In this document: positions 62,280 through 64,000 of the stretch, in pieces
Position numbering within the stretch: the first letter of the stretch is position 1
Layout of the letters: each line of letters starts with the position of its first letter
DNA from: an uncultured bacterium
GTDB lineage: Bacteria; Verrucomicrobiota; Verrucomicrobiia; Limisphaerales; UBA8199
Direction: 5' to 3'
DNA length: 64,000 nt
Assembly (NCBI GenBank): GCA_963749495.1
Contig: CAVVMW010000024.1
Location: 128,001-192,000, forward strand
Program-made: the position numbers and the translations under genes
Notes under the pieces: generated by a model
Told to the model about the DNA's origin: nothing
Seen by the model: only the letters and a program-made list of their open reading frames with translations
Database searches by the model: none

Positions 62280-63278
62280 TCAACTTCCCCCTTTAGCGCA
62301 CGACCTCTTCGCACGCGCCCCTGGAACCTTGCCAGCCCCATCTCCAGCGCCGTGCTTCTCGAAGAAGGCCATTTGTCTCGCCGATGCCGACTCCTTGGGG
62401 GTCCGCCCGACGTTGTACCGCGCGACCTGTTGTACATCAGGCCACGTGACGGCATCCTCCGCGGGTTGGGCGCTCAACGTCGCGTCGATCGCGCCCGCGA
62501 TGTCAAGCCTTCGCAACCCAAGCCGCTTCTCCGCGATTTGAGTGTACTCCTCTGAATGATCACAGATGACCGCACAACGGCCCATACCCCGTGCAGCTTC
62601 GGCTGTGGTCCCCGAACCGCTCATCGGATCCAGCACGAGATCGCCTTCGGTGGTGGTCATCATGAGAAGCTGCCGGATGACCTTCACCGGCTTCTGCGAG
62701 GGGTGGCCGGTCTGCTCCTTTCTGCCCACGAAACCCACAAGCAGTGATTCCTCGATGACACTTGGCGGACCCGGCATGTAGCGAAGCTTGCCATCGGCCC
62801 ACCTCTCCAATTGCGCCTCGTTCAGGAAATGCTCCACGTAAAGCTTGGCCCCAGGATGCGACAGGTGCAGACACGTCATCTGCGCCGATCGCCAGCCACG
62901 AATGACTGAAGGATTGTTCTTAAAGTACCACGTCAGCCAGGACACGAGCGCCAATGGCTGTGGGATCCGCTCGAGAAATGGAGCGAGGATTTCTGGAAAA
63001 CCCCACAGGTAAATGTGCCGCGCAACCTCTTTGGCCAACCCCAAAATCCCCAACACGTACGGGAGATAATCCTCGCGGACTCCACCCACGCCCTTGTTGT
63101 ACCAAGGATCGAGCACAACCGTGGAGAACGGAGCGCGAAGGAGCGCGGCGAGTCTGAGCGTGTCATGGACGTCCGCTGGAGGAAGGATTGCGATGCCGTC
63201 GTGGCGGAGAGCGTCTGCGATCACCCTCTGCACGGTCGCATGGGCTCCTCGAACTGGGTTGCTGTTGGCGTTCATCAT
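62280..63278 (-). CDS. Site-specific DNA methyltransferase (N4/N6, beta class)
   Basis: Motif IV DPWY precedes HPSQKP and motif I LDPMSGSGTT. Confidence 0.88.
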   Translation of the reverse strand: MMNANSNPVRGAHATVQRVIADALRHDGIAILPPADVHDTLRLAALLRAPFSTVVLDPWYNKGVGGVREDYLPYVLGILGLAKEVARHIYLWGFPEILAPFLERIPQPLALVSWLTWYFKNNPSVIRGWRSAQMTCLHLSHPGAKLYVEHFLNEAQLERWADGKLRYMPGPPSVIEESLLVGFVGRKEQTGHPSQKPVKVIRQLLMMTTTEGDLVLDPMSGSGTTAEAARGMGRCAVICDHSEEYTQIAEKRLGLRRLDIAGAIDATLSAQPAEDAVTWPDVQQVARYNVGRTPKESASARQMAFFEKHGAGDGAGKVPGARAKRSCAKGGS

Positions 63279-63292
63279 CACGGCTGACGGTT

Positions 63293-63532
63293 CTACCCGG
63301 TTGGTTCCCGACTGCAACTAAAATACTTCAAAAGAAAGTCCAACGCTCGTCGTTTCTCTTCTTTTGATGCCGCTTGGAGGATGGCAGTGATGTTGAGCTT
63401 TCCGGTCTGGCTGTTCCAAAGATTGCAGTGCTCCGCAAACTCCTCCTGAGACCAGTCTGCTGCCTGACGCAGTTTCCTGACTCTCAATCCAAATTCGCGG
63501 AGGAATATTCTGTCAGATTTGGCGTACGCCAT
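63293..63532 (-). pseudogene. Truncated XRE/controller-protein-like HTH fused to an unrelated C-terminal fragment
   Basis: FGLRVRKLRQAADWSQEEFAEHCNL, then abrupt loss of the recognition helix. Confidence 0.55.
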
Positions 63533-64000
63533 AGAGCGCATATTGGTAGGCGGCGTGAGCATGCATCCACACACGATGAGTGGCATCATCACGCCGGCTG
63601 CGAGGCTCTGGCTCGCCTCTCAGCCACTATGCGGGTCCAGTGGGCCTGCACGGCGCCAACGCCGACCAGCGCCGCTGCGGAGGACCGTCGACGAATTCGG
63701 GGGGGTCGGAACAGCCGCGCGCGTAAGAGTTGAGCACAAGGGTGTCTCCCCCAGAGAAGCCCGCCAGACACCTTCGTCCCTCACCGCTTGAGGGCCCTGC
63801 GGGCGCGCCAGAGCAGGACGAGGCCGGCGGCGATGAACGGCAGGCCACAAGGTCATGTGCAGCACGGCAGAGTCAAGGGGGGGGGCGAACACACGTCTGT
63901 CGTTCTCGTTGCGGAGCGGGCCTGGGTTGAGGCAAGATTTGAGGGATGGATTTGAACCAAAGCGATCACCTCAACCCCGGTTTATCGCGGCCATTTCTTT

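Noticed and set aside
63600..64000. tRNA or integration site next to the methyltransferase island
   Set aside because: No cloverleaf or att-like repeat is recognisable.

Overview
High-GC bacterial window. Gene content suggests Verrucomicrobiota, probably subdivision 3 (inference from several prepilin-type '[22 protein letters not shown]' proteins, a BlaI/M56-secretin fusion and Ig-domain surface proteins). Housekeeping genes (argG, trpD, dtd, rpsL-rpsG-fusA, mutL, a phosphohexomutase) alternate with accessory genes. Almost every intergenic gap holds a palindromic REP-like element or an inverted heptamer array. Many genes carry single-base frameshifts or abrupt internal deletions, which may be assembly errors. 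Top finding: two adjacent paralogous exported proteins (50057-52327 and 52498-54297) are each split by an in-frame TGA in the same motif, F-[QE]-F-G-*-G-[SG]-x-C-x-x-S-W-R. In both, a 6-bp hairpin with loop ATGGC begins 14 nt after the TGA and the stems covary. This is a candidate uncharacterised selenoprotein family (UxxxC) with a SECIS-like element. Second finding: a nine-gene lipid-type biosynthetic cluster (35886-46506) encoding UbiA, old yellow enzyme, ACP, alpha-oxoamine synthase, DAG-kinase-like, ThiL-like, FabF, SDR and radical SAM proteins. Also notable are heptamer arrays inside mutL, a stripped mraZ-ftsL-ftsI-ftsW cluster with 10-bp-phased boxes, and an EF-G with an NTPG G3 motif.
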